The translations under genes and the position numbers were made by a program. DNA of 64,000 nt from contig OU015567.1 of assembly GCA_907165135.1 (NCBI GenBank), positions 1,302,001 to 1,366,000 of the forward strand, written 5' to 3'. The DNA is from Oikopleura dioica (taxonomy: Eukaryota; Animalia; Chordata). This document shows positions 36,653 to 48,534 of the stretch, piece by piece (positions within the stretch are counted from its first letter, which is position 1; every line of letters starts with the position of its first letter). Under the pieces are notes generated by a model, which was given only the letters and a program-made list of their open reading frames with translations, did not search any database and was not told the DNA's origin.

Positions 36653-37001
36653 AAATGATTGGCCAATCTTACGGGTTCTTTAAGGTCATTTTCTTTCAAT
36701 TGATTCTTTTTTCTTAAAAAAAGGCGAAACCAAGGAAAGGATTTGATTTTTAAAGAATGGGTTTTGATTGGCTGGTAGGCCAAATGCAGCAATCTTATTG
36801 GTCTTCAGAAGATTCACTTCCTTTTCTTGGTTTGTGCCCTTAAAATTGAGTGAATACTCTTTTGAAAGATGAAGGATCAATTCTTTGACCCTTCAGAGCT
36901 TATATTTTGGGCTAAAAATTCTAAAAACCTGAAAAACTCTTTTCTCGAAAACGGCATCTTTGACCTCTCAATTCTTTCTTTTCTCGTAATCCGCTTTTTT
37001 A

Positions 37002-37359
37002 GGATACCCAGTCAAGAAAGCTACTCTTTGCTTCTTCTGAAGATTTTCTCCGATCCGACATTTCCAAAGTCAAAAAAGGCCTCCCCGCGCGGCTTGAACA
37101 CGAATTAATTTACGCCGTTTCGGACGAAGAAAAAGGAACGGCTAAACTTTCATTTCTTTTTGTTTTTGGTGCGGTTTTGAATGTAGAAAGAGTGTTTAGC
37201 TGTTTTGAAGAAGCGTTTGAAGGGAGAACACGTGCGACCACAAATCGCAAGCTTGGAGTGAAGAGATACTCGCCTGCTGAGCAAAATAAACTCAACGAAG
37301 CCGCCAAATCCGACGCTTACAAGAAGTTTGACGAGGCCATTTCGTGGGAACTTGATTGA
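37002..37359 (+). CDS. Two unidentified terminal exons (extension of the GT49 gene or a downstream cistron)
   Basis: DTQSRKLLFASSEDFLRSD... joined by a GA-AG intron to ERVFSCFEEAF...SWELD*. Confidence 0.4.
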
Positions 37360-38539
37360 AGCTTTTCGAAAAAAAAACAAAAAATTAATAATAAAAAAAA
37401 AAAATAAATCGATAAATTATTCAATAAATTATTAAAAAATTAGACAAATAAAATATAATTAATTCATAATAAAATAAAAAATAAATGAGTAATAAAATCA
37501 TTTTAAAAAATGAAAATAAAATTATAAATTAACTATGAAAAAAATTAAAATTGCGACACTTTTTTTTATAAAAAATCAAGAAAAAAAATTTCTAATTGCC
37601 ACTTTTTATTTGAAGAAATCTACTGTTGAACCTGGTTAATTGTTGCGAAAAAAGATGAGAGTAATTTGGCGCTTTTAAGCTCTTGGCGTTGAAGTTTGCC
37701 ACTTTCGCCGACTCCAGATGATTATTTTTTTAGCGGGCGAAATTATCTGCCTCGATCGCGCTCTTTATCGCGCCCGTTAGTTTCAAACTTACCAAAACCA
37801 AAAAGAAAGCGTCGGAATCTCTTATCGCAACTTTTTCAAAGTGCCACTTCAAGCCGATAAAAAAAGCTACAAGCGATCTACAGTAGATTTTATCAGACTT
37901 TGTATTGACACTCTCGAAAATTGCCGATTCCACTTTTTGACAAAATCTCTAAAAAAAGTCTAAAATATTAATCATTTATTTTTTACAACAAAACTTGCTT
38001 GTTTCAAGAAAACCAGTAAATTTTTTCGAAAAAAAATTCGATAAAATATTTTTTGGCCAAAATTTGAAAAAATTTTTGGCCAGAATTTAAAAGAAATTTT
38101 TTGGCCAAAATTTGGAAAAATATTTTTTTGGCGAGATTTTATTTTTTTGACAAAAATGGCAATTTTCCTCAGAATTTTTGAAAAAAAAATTCGCCAAGGG
38201 CTAACCCTAACCCTAACCCGAATTTCGAGGCAAAGTTCAATCCGATAAAAAATTTATCAGCTTTATTTTACTTCGAAAAATTACTGTTTTCGGCGCCTCG
38301 ATAAAAAGTTGCGCGTGTAGAATGTATATACTAATTTATCACTCGACATGGTGCTTCGCTTATCAGTTACACGCGGCACAGGCGTTTTATGTACTCTCGC
38401 GGTTTCTTGAGAAATAAAAGATAAGCTCGATTCGTCCCGAAATTTTTGAAAGGATCGAACACGGATTAAGAAAATTTGTGTTCGGAAACATATGTTTTTT
38501 AGCGCTAAGGCGTCGAGAATAGTCTGCCAGACAAAAAGA

Positions 38540-38807
38540 TTAAAGGACAGATGAATTTCTGAGTCAATTTTTTTGTCGTTGAGTATTTTGTCTCAAAAAA
38601 CCGCGGATTTTTCTGTGATTGGCTGAGAGCTCCCCGATATCCAGAAATTCGGTTTTCCGATTGGTTGGAAAAGACCGAATCAACCAATCAGAAGACCGAA
38701 TCGCGAGATACCGGAAATTTCTCAGCCAATCACAGAAAAACCCACGGTTTTTTTACACAAAATATTCAGCGACAAAAAGATTGACTCAGAAAGTCACCTC
38801 TCCTTAA
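38540..38807. mobile_element. TTAA-flanked foldback MITE with CCAAT boxes
   Basis: ~100-bp imperfect inverted arms; TTAA at both ends. Confidence 0.75.
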
Positions 38808-40065
38808 ATTTTTTTGTTTGAAAAAAACAGCTGCATTGTCAACCTCCTTTAGAAAAAATTTCTGACAAGCGTAAAATGCGCTTAGGGAGAAATAATGGCG
38901 TAAGCGGTAAGAAAACGCTGTGAACTTTTGGAATTTGTACTGAGTAATCGGATTCGCCTGGCTTCGGTAAAAGGTTAATCTTTTTGGATCCCGGGCGGGG
39001 AAAAGAGAGCTGGAATAGGCGGGAAATCCGCTCTTGAATTATTTTCAACAATTTCGGCGAATTCGAGTTCGCTTCAACTCAACTGTGAAAATGTTAAAGA
39101 GCGCTAATGACGAACACGTGTGTTTAAACAGAGCTGTAACTTTGGCCAGCTTTGTTTGAAACGCTCAAAACTTTCGAGAGCGTTGCCGAAAAAAGAAGCG
39201 ATAAGGGAGCTTCTTTTAGACGCAAAAGAAGTTATTTGCCGCGAAGAAAAAACAAGAAGACTGTTGTATTTTTTGAAGTGCGAGAAATCTAGGGCAGCGG
39301 CTCTAGAAATCGAATAATAGTCACTTTTTTCACTTTTAAATGGGATGCATTTTTATTTTCTTGATTTTCGTCGATTCAGCAAATATTTTTGACGAGTTTT
39401 CTGACCAGAAAATGTGTCTCAGCCGAGGGTTAAAAGCTGAGAAATAATTTGAGCTGCAAAAAGACCCGTAAATTTATTTGTATCCGAAAGTATTTTGCAA
39501 GAAATGCAACGGCATAAAAATTAATAATCATTTCAGCAGTTTCCGTTATCAAAATAATCTGTCGAAAGGTCAATATTAACCACGATGATTTTATTTTTTG
39601 ACAGAATTTATTCACTTTCTCTGGCACTGTTTTGACTTTGAGACCGACAGCCTTATTCATTGAGCTTCATTTTTCAATAAAAAAGAGCAGAAAATTTTTT
39701 TTCATAAAAAAAGTATGCTCTAACTGAAGAATAAAAATGTTTTTAGAATTTTTATGATCGAAAATTTTTTTCTAGCGTAAAATTGCTCGATTTGAAACTT
39801 TCAAAAATGTGAGAAAAAGATTTCTCCGGCGCCTGATTTTGGCGGTTTCTGAGGTGTGAATTTGCAAGTGGCGAGGAGGACTATCTTCTGAAAAAAATTA
39901 CATTTTGACGAAATTCAAGAGCGATATTCGCCGCTCTCTGCGGCGGCGCGACTTCGATTCTTTCGATGGGGTTGGTGCGCCACCAATCATCGCAACGTGC
40001 GACTCTAGAACGCGCGCTTCTTCTCGATCGGCGCGTCTTTTTCCCTTTTTCTTCTGAACCAAAGG

Positions 40066-43000
40066 ATGAAGAAAATATGGAAGATCATACTTGCAGTTTT
40101 CAGTTTACTTGTAAAAGACAGTAGAGAAGAGAATCCGACGGAATCAGAGATTTGGCTGAATGAAGAGACGAACAAGCCTGTAGGAACTTCGGTTAACATT
40201 TCAGATATACTTTGATGTTGACGATTTTTAAAACCCTGTAGTGAATTTTAACTTCAACGGTCAAATGAGCCGAAAAATCTAAAATTTTGGCTTTTCAAAA
40301 ATCCTTTTCATTGATTGGCAAACAGGTCGTATACATGTTTTTGATTGGCTTAAAAATTTTTGAAGAAATTTTTATTCGAAAAATAGGAATTTAATTTAAT
40401 TAACCATAATTTTTAATTAAATTAATAATTTTTTTAAGTCTAACCCTAACCCTAACCCTAACTCAAACCCTAGGAAAAAATAAAGACTCAGTTAATTTTT
40501 CAACGATTTTTTTTTTATTTTTTTTTTAAAGAAACAAAAAAAAAAAGAAAATCAAAAATAAAAACAAAACAGATCCTCGCGCGAAAAAAATTTGAATGTA
40601 ACCTGCGAAAGGGTTTATTTGCACGTGGGAAGATGGCTGGTGCGACGGGTGGTATAATGTGGACCACACGAAAGAAGAAAATTATGTCCCGAACAAATTC
40701 TTTGACTTGGTTGTCAGACAAGGCAAGTACACCGCTCCCGTTTTGATTTTTGCGTAAAAATTTTCGAATTTTTCGAAGATGAGAAAAAAAATATTGAGCA
40801 ACGCCCGAGTCCCTGTTCAAGCAAGTTCAATAAAAAAAAGGATGAAAATGGAAATTTCACGCATCTTCATTCGCGGCGTTTTTTGAGTCATTTTTGCGAT
40901 AAAAAATATATAGATACAGAAAAGACGATAAAAAAATAAACTCACACCTTTATTTTTTAAAAATAATTTATTTATTTAAAAAATAAAAGATAAAGGCGTT
41001 GATTTATTCGCCATTTAATTTCTCTTTATATAATCTATAAGAAAAAAATTGTTTAGCCAATAATCCGCCGCTTTTTCAACTTCCTTTTTTGTGGAATAGT
41101 AAAATTATTTGTAAATTTTCTGTATTTTGAAAATGCGATTCAGGTGCGTCATCAAGCCCCGCAACTGGGCCCGCATTTGACAGGACGCGCAAAACGGAGG
41201 AAGGCCATTATCTGCTGCTCGAGGCCTCGCAGAAAATGTTTCTTTCTCAAGCCGAAATCGCTTCTCCCGCCTTCGATATCACTGCTTATGACGAGTATTG
41301 CCAAGGGTTCCAAACAAACTGAATTTTAGGGATTTTCGTTGTTTAAATTTCTGACAAATTAAATTTGTTGTTGACAAGGGCGGTTTCGCTAGAATTGACA
41401 GAACAAGCCGCTTTTTCAAGCTGAACACAAATTTCCAAGCAAATTTTCAAAAAAACACTTATTACCGAAGTTGTCTTTGCTAAGCGCGGTCAATCAGTTT
41501 AGATTTGAACCCTCTTAAAAGCTTCTCAATGTGGTACCTGATGTACGGCAAGCACGCTTACAGCTTGACAGCTTTCGTCTCGATTCCCGTCCCAGGCGCC
41601 TATCGAAAGCTCCTTTTCAAAAAAAGTGGCCAAGCGTCAAAAACCGCCACTCACTGGATTTATCAAGCTGTTACGATTAAGAAGCCAGATCTTGAGCCGG
41701 GCCATTTGGTCAATATTACAATCAACGCTGTAAGAGGTGAGCTCTTTCAATTTTTTTTTTATTTTTTTTTTTCGAAAATGATAGAATCTGCAGTAAATAA
41801 AAACTTCAAAACAAATCGAGAATTTGCTCAGCTGTGAATTTTCTGTCACATTTTGGGCATCGATTTTTCGTTTCGAGGACTTTTAATAGACAGGATTTTC
41901 CAAACTGATGTCCACAAATAACAATGCAAGATTGCCAGTGTTCATTTTTATCGTAAAGCTCAAGGCAAATTTCGCAAGTTGGAATGAGCTCGTTTCTATC
42001 TGTTCTTTTCTTCAGAGAATTCCTGATTCGATCATTAATCGAGTTTTTTGTCTGCTCGATTTGAAGTTGAAGGGACTTCTTTTTTTCTTGTTCTGAAGTT
42101 TTTCGCGCTCTGAGCTGGACTTTATTTCTCAACAAGACGGCCATGTTGTTTTCTTTGATGTTAAATGATCGAAATAATTGACGTCTCTTTTTGATTGCCG
42201 CATTTTTACTCGAGGAAATTTTGATAAGATCTTCATAGTAATTTATCATGGCATCAAGGGTTGAAATAGTAACATCGATTTCGCTTATTTTCGATCGTAG
42301 CTCAGAACATTCGCTTTCTATTTCGTCTTTGATATTTTGAACACGACTTCTTCTCGATTCAATATCATCCTTTATTCTTGAAAATTCAGATTGCTTAAAA
42401 ATTAAGAGTTTTATTTTACTTTTGAATTTCTTCTTCTTTTATTCTCTCGAGTATCTGTGTAATTTCGCTTTCAGAAAGCATTATCTATTTTTTGAGAGAG
42501 AAAGTGACACCATAGTTAGATCTTAATATTTGCAGGTCTGAGTTACCAATCTGACATCGGCATGGATGACATCATGGTTCGCCCGGGCCCCTGCCCAGAT
42601 CTACCTCCCAAAGACGCCACTCCTCCTCCTCCGCAAACAACAGCATCAACAAAAGCCGTCAAATCAACCATGGCAACAACCAGAGCGGTCGTCAGTACAA
42701 TGGATCCGATGGTGACTAGGGAGTTCAATCCATTTTTCACCACAAAAATCGAAAGCTGCCAAATTTCAACAGTCCTGGGGGACAAAACCGAGCAATACAT
42801 TTCGAATATGTTTATTTGTTGTGGAAATAAAATCATGTCAAGGAAAGCGGTTTTCAAAAAATTCGAAAAAATAATTTAAAAAATGAAAAATTTCCGAAAA
42901 ATTTGAAAAAGATGATTTCCAAGAAAACCCTTAAAAAAGACTGAACGGTTCAAAATGCTGCGCCGGGGTGCAATATTTTGCGCGAAAACAAGATTGCTGC

Positions 43001-44620
43001 GAAGGCGAGGTCATCGATAAGGCGGAGTTCAGTTGCTGCGGCGGCAAGGTTGGCTGAGCTAGAAAAAATAGCCGATTAAAATCTGCGTTTCAGAAAACGC
43101 CGGTCGAGCCAGATAAAATTTGCTGCAACGGAGAAATCCGGCAAAAAGAAGCCTCGCTCTCCTGCTGCGATGATAAGGAATTCTTCGATAAGGGAAGCCA
43201 AGGCTGCTGCATTGATAAACTGTACAGCAAAGCGAGCAGTTTTTGTTGTGGCGGCTCCGTCCTGGAGAAAAACGACGACACGCAAAAATGCTGTGGCAGC
43301 GGTTGGAAAGGGGAAAAATATTCTCCTGGCAGGTTCGTTATATTTTTCGCTTTTTTTTTAAGTTATAGAAAAAATCCTCCAATTCATCAGATTTTTCCGG
43401 GGAGATGCGAGGAACCGACAAAAAATATTGACAAATTTTGCGTCAAAATTTTCAACCAATCAAAAGGCTGCGAACGGCTAAGCGGCCAATCAGCAGCCGA
43501 ATGGACGCCTACGCAAAATTTATTGGCTTCTCGGGTGCTGATTGGCCGGTCTGCCGAATCCAGGCTTCCGATTGGTTAGAAATTTTCACGAAATGATTTG
43601 TCGAAATTTTTTGTCGATTCCTGAGACCTCCCCTGAAATCATGTAGAGATTTTTTGACTCTATTTTTTTCTTATTTCCATTTTCAGAGAAGCCTGCTGCA
43701 ATGGAAATCTCTACGCTGTCGCCCAGTACGGTTGCTGCGGCGAAACGTACGTCTACTCAAAGGAAAACGGTTGGAAAGAAAAAATCCCAAAATTATCTTT
43801 AAAAATTTAATCTCTCATTTTCTCAAGAGAAGATAAAGAATATTTTCGAGGGAGATTCCAGCGCTGCCAGATTGAAGGATTAAAAGTCGCGTTATCTGGC
43901 CAGGAATTTACAATTTTCCCAACCGTTCGTTTAGCTTTATGAAGAATGTCACGTGCCTGACGCGGAGGAAAATGAGAACGGCTCATTGCTCGTCAAGTTG
44001 AAGGAGAAACAAAAGTGGCGAAAACCCTCCTCGCAAGCGGGTCAATTTCTTTTCAATTACAGAAAAAGAAGGTCGCCAGAGCAAAACGGTAGCCGCCGAA
44101 ATTTTTGAATTTTTTTTGATTTTTGAACTCCAATATGGAGATTTTGTTCTTTTTTTGATGAGCTGAAAAGTAAAATTAGATTCTGTTAATAAACTACTGA
44201 TAAATCTGTGTCCACTGGAAGAATTATTTTTAATATATTTTTAATTTATTAATTAAATTAAAAAATTTTATTATCACATAAATAATATTTTTTCTATTTG
44301 TATTTTTTCTATAAATTAATTTTTATTTATTACTTTTATTATTTATTTTATTAATTTATAAACGAATTTTGATTTTGAATTCAGTTTTTATTTTTTAATT
44401 TTTTTATGAAAAATTTTCCCGATGTATTTTTGCTCCTGCAGGTGAAAGATAAAGCATCTGGGCACTTGGGAGCGCGCGTTTTTAATCCGAAAAGGAAGAA
44501 GACATTCTTGGCTGCTCAGAATCTGGAAGCGACTTTGTTCTGTATTTTCCGAAAAGTGGTAGTTTGAAAAAAGCCGCAGTGGTTGTCCGTAATCCGTTTT
44601 TATCCCCGCGCTGAAGAGTT
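40066..44620 (+). CDS. Secreted MAM-domain protein with Thr/Pro linker and galaxin-like CC repeats
   Basis: Signal peptide MKKIWKIILAVFSLLV; MAM motifs CTWEDGWCDGW, TGPAFDRT..GHYLLLEAS, MWYLMYG, DIGMDDIMVRPGPC; more than ten CC pairs; 3' end approximate. Confidence 0.82.
41806..42481 (-). CDS. Coiled-coil plus RING finger protein nested antisense in a MAM-gene intron
   Basis: CEICLELY...CGHQFGKSCL...CPKC; long heptad region; one short GA-AG intron inferred. Confidence 0.8.
43391..43640. mobile_element. Intronic foldback MITE with CCAAT boxes
   Basis: Inverted arms; shares ccgaatccaggcttc.gattggtt with 49903-50060. Confidence 0.65.
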
Positions 44621-44772
44621 GGCGTAGATTCGAGATATAAAGACGACGCGCGCCCGTTTGCCATCATAAGCGGGACTGATAAAGAATCGGAGAAATGACT
44701 GTTTTAAGCAACTCGCTTACGATAAATGAAAATACTTGAGCGAATAAAAAATAAGATGAGCAGCATAATTTA

Positions 44773-45948
44773 TTAAGTCATTTTTTCGCAAAATCTCTTC
44801 ACTCGAAAGATCCAAGTCTTGTTTGTGCATTTTTCGTCGGTAAATTCGTAAAATTTTACTGAAAATATTTAATTTATGCTTTTTCGTGATTTTTTCTACC
44901 AATTGAATTACAGAGAAGATTGATCGTTTCTTCTTCATCTGCGGCTTTATTTGCAATATTTTCGCAGCATTTGACGTTGAAAATTTTGGCAGGAATTGGA
45001 TTTCCTTTTCTGCATTTGAAATTTCGCTCCCGATGATCAATCACTTTGCGAAGGGATGTCCTTAAAATGTTAGATAAAAAACTCATAATTCTCTGATTAC
45101 GTTTTTCTTTTGGCTTTTCCTTTTCGAAGAGCTTTTTCTTGAACAGCCAAATCTGCCCAAATCAGCGCGATTTCGTGAAATTTGTTTTGCAAAAATCGCT
45201 GATTGCAGAATTTCGAGCAGTTTTCTTCACGCGCTTTTGAAATATTAAAGCTTTTTGACAAATCAAAAGCTTCCAAAAACACAAGTGGCTCCGTAATTTC
45301 TTCTGTTCTTGCTGTGGTTATTTTCGTTGTTGTTCTTGTTGTTTTTGTCGGTGTTGTCGTGGTTTGAAGTGTTTTTGTTGTGATAAAAGTCTGATTTGAT
45401 TTTGTTGGTGCTACTTGGAATGATGATTTTGGTGTTGTTGTCGAAATCATTGTTGTTTTCAGACTCGAGGTTTTCGTAATTGAATCTAATGAAGTCTTTG
45501 TTATTGGCGGTTCATTCCAATCCTCGCAAATTTTCATAAATTCTCCTCTGAACTGGAAATTAGGAACTGATTCTTTCCCATGATAGTAGTAGTAATAATC
45601 GTCTCCTGGATTTTCATAATCGTAAAAAATCGGCTCTTCATTGTGTATATCGCAGTATTTGCAGTGCGCGCATTGAGGGCATTCCTCGTCTTCGTATTTT
45701 TTTCTTTCGTCGCTGAATTCGGACTTGCAGACGATTTCGCTGGGGAAGTTATTTTCGCAAGCTTTTGTGATTCTTTCGTGGCAATCAAGGTTGTTCAAAT
45801 CTTTTGCAAAACACTAGAATTAATTTTTTTCGTGATTTTTTTTTATTTTTACCTGACAACAAGCTCTTTTGCACTGATCTCTGAAAATCTCAACCACGTG
45901 ATTTGCAAAAGAAAAGCATATAAAACAATTGAAAAACGCTGCTTTCAT
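44773..45948 (-). CDS. Secreted Cys-rich / Thr-rich mucin-like protein
   Basis: MKAAFFNCFICFSFA signal peptide, Thr-rich stalk, Cys-rich flanks; about four exons. Confidence 0.72.
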
Positions 45949-46227
45949 GATTTCGGAAAAATGAAACTGACATCTGTCACGGAAGCAACGCTGGTCTAAA
46001 AAGGGTTAAGCTGGCGGCTGACAAACGAAAGATAAACTTGTCAACTCATCGGACAAGTCCTCAAAAGCGAAATTGGATGAACTCGCGCTAAACGCTTTTT
46101 CTAGTCAAATAAATGCTGATTCGCGGTGTTTTTCGCGCATGCGTCGAAAATGATAAAAATTTATTATTGACAGCTATAGAAAAAAATAACAAATAAATGA
46201 CAGTGGTGAAAATTCTCTCAAAAGAGA

Positions 46228-46961
46228 CTATTCTTCCTTGAGTCCTCCTTGGTATTCGTCAAGGTATTCTTCGTCTTCTTCTTCGTCTTCTCCTTCCTTG
46301 ATTTCTTCTCCATTTTCATTGACGTAAATCTTTTCCCATCGATCGCTCTTTGGTCCGACAAAAAGGGATGTCAAAGCAGGAATAGGAAGCCAGAGAAGAT
46401 AGGACAATCCGATGCAGATAACTTGAAAAATCGTTAAAAGGAAAGGGTTAACGAACAACTTACTTTCTCGAACAATGGAGAAGTCTTCGTCGATCTTGAG
46501 AGTTTTGGAAAGAAATTTTCTTTCGGTGAGAATCAAACTTGTGTAGTAAAATGCAACGCAGTAGAAAGAAGCTTTTTCTCGGTTTCAAAGACTGTATTGC
46601 ATTCTAGAAATCTTGAGAAAGAAACCGTTCCTTGGACCAAACAAGCGATGAGCTGATACCACTCCATTCCCTTTTCCTTGTCAAGATCGCTACTGTCGAC
46701 GATATCTTCAAGCACCATTCGGCTGAAATTCTTGATCGCTTCGAAAGCTGAGATTTTGTGAAGCTGTTCTTCGGCTTCCTCGCTAATTTCATTTTCAATC
46801 AATTCTTCGTTGGATTCTTCTTTTGAGAATTCTTTCCTTCAGTTATAAAAAAGTTTGCTATTAAAAATTTCGAAAAAGCAAAATTTTTTTTAAACTGTGA
46901 CTTTTCTCTGGCGAAGCTCATTTTCTTCGTTGACGGTGTTTGAATCTTGAATTACAGTCAT
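46228..46961 (-). CDS. Unidentified membrane protein with acidic N- and C-termini
   Basis: MTVIQDSN..LRQRK exon; hydrophobic IICIGLSYLLWLPIPALTSLFVG; acidic tail; consistent introns. Confidence 0.65.
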
Positions 46962-47474
46962 TTTTTCGCGATTTTCGATTGAAAGAAATTTTGAGAAAAA
47001 ACAGTGATGACGCTTCTTTTCTAGAGAAAAACCGAGATTTTTAATTTTGACCGAATTATTTGTTTTGATATTTGAAAACAAAACGGGTAATTTTTTGAGA
47101 TTTTCGTCAATTTTCGGTGATATTTGGAATGTCACTTTCAATGGTTGTCAAACAAATTGGCGAAATTCTGAGACGCGAGACGCTACTTAGCCCCCAAATC
47201 GAGACTTTGAACGAGACATCTGAGTAGTTGGATTAAAAAAAGAAAAAGAAAGAGAGTCAAGTGCGCGTTTGTGCTTTTTATGAATACAGAATTTAGAAAA
47301 CAGAGAAGAAAAAAGAAAAGAAGCAAATTTCTGAAAAATCAGCAACTTCCTCGACAAAAGATATTGACCAAATCTCGACCTGCTTCACTTTCAAACAGAA
47401 AATCAGTCAAAGTCGCTCGTAAATTATTCAAAAGCAGGCTACCAGAACGCGCGTTTTTCCATTGAAGAGGAGAA

Positions 47475-48281
47475 ATGGCGACTCCGATTGCAGAGGAAAT
47501 TCAAAGGTTGAAGGCAAATGGACCGACTTGTTTGTTGAAAAGTTTGAAGAGTCAGAAAACTGCGGCGTTGAGGAAAAGAGAGAAGGTTAGTCTCATAATA
47601 ATTTCTAACAAAAAAACGCTCAATTTTCCCTAACCCTAACCCTAACTCAACCCTAACCGCTTATCGCTTCGAGCTAAATCAAGCCGCTCGAAGCGCGGCT
47701 CTTATATCAATTTTCGAAGCCGCAAGCGGCTTCTCAAATTTGATTCATTTCTACACCGAAATTTGAGCCTAGATAATTCTATTCTTCTTCAGGCGAAAGA
47801 AAACTTCCCGAAGAAATTTTCTGAAGAAGAACTTCGAAAACGCTTATCTGTTGTTGAATATGCCGTTACTCAGGTACTTCTTGCTCCTCTCGTATTTTCT
47901 TAAATCGGGTTTGAAGCTAGGTGGAACGGATACGAGCGGATCAGGAAGATATTTGAACGAAACAAGAGACGGAACTTATCATTGTGTTGTTTGTTCAAAG
48001 AAATTATTTGAATCAAGTGCAAAATTTAAGCATTGCGGCTGGCCAAGTTTTGACAGGTACAAAATCACTCGGTTCAAAGCGATTGAGAATATTCTAGAGC
48101 TCTCGAAGAAAGCATAAAAGAAACCATCGAGCGAGCGCAACACGGCGTAAAGCTCACGGAAACCAGCTGCTCAGATTGCGGCGCCCATTTGGGGCACAAG
48201 TTCAACGATGGCCCAACGGAAACAAAGCTAAGATACTGTATTAATGGCTCTGCTCTTGAATTCCGCCCTAAAACTGAATAA
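47475..48281 (+). CDS. MSRB: Methionine-R-sulfoxide reductase B (Cys type)
   Basis: [34 protein letters not shown]. Confidence 0.92.
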
Positions 48282-48534
48282 ATGATTTTTTTTTCTTGAA
48301 CATTTTTGTTGTTTTGGCATTTTTCCAGATTTTGTTCTGAACGACAGGATCATCCTCGAGCTGCTATTGGCTGAGCTGGTCCAAATACTTGTCCTTGTCT
48401 TTTTTTCATTAGATGTCGTTTCTATAGTTGAACTGGACCGTAAATTCGGGTCCGCGAGGTCGAGTTTGATTATGATGCAATAAATCTTGAAAGAGAAAAA
48501 ACTGAAAAAGAAGAATTCCAATTTTCAAAAGATT

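Noticed and set aside
48290-48480. Minus-strand protein-like frame with in-frame stops (possible readthrough or recoding)
   Set aside because: Three different stop codons; lies in an intercistronic gap; no homology evident
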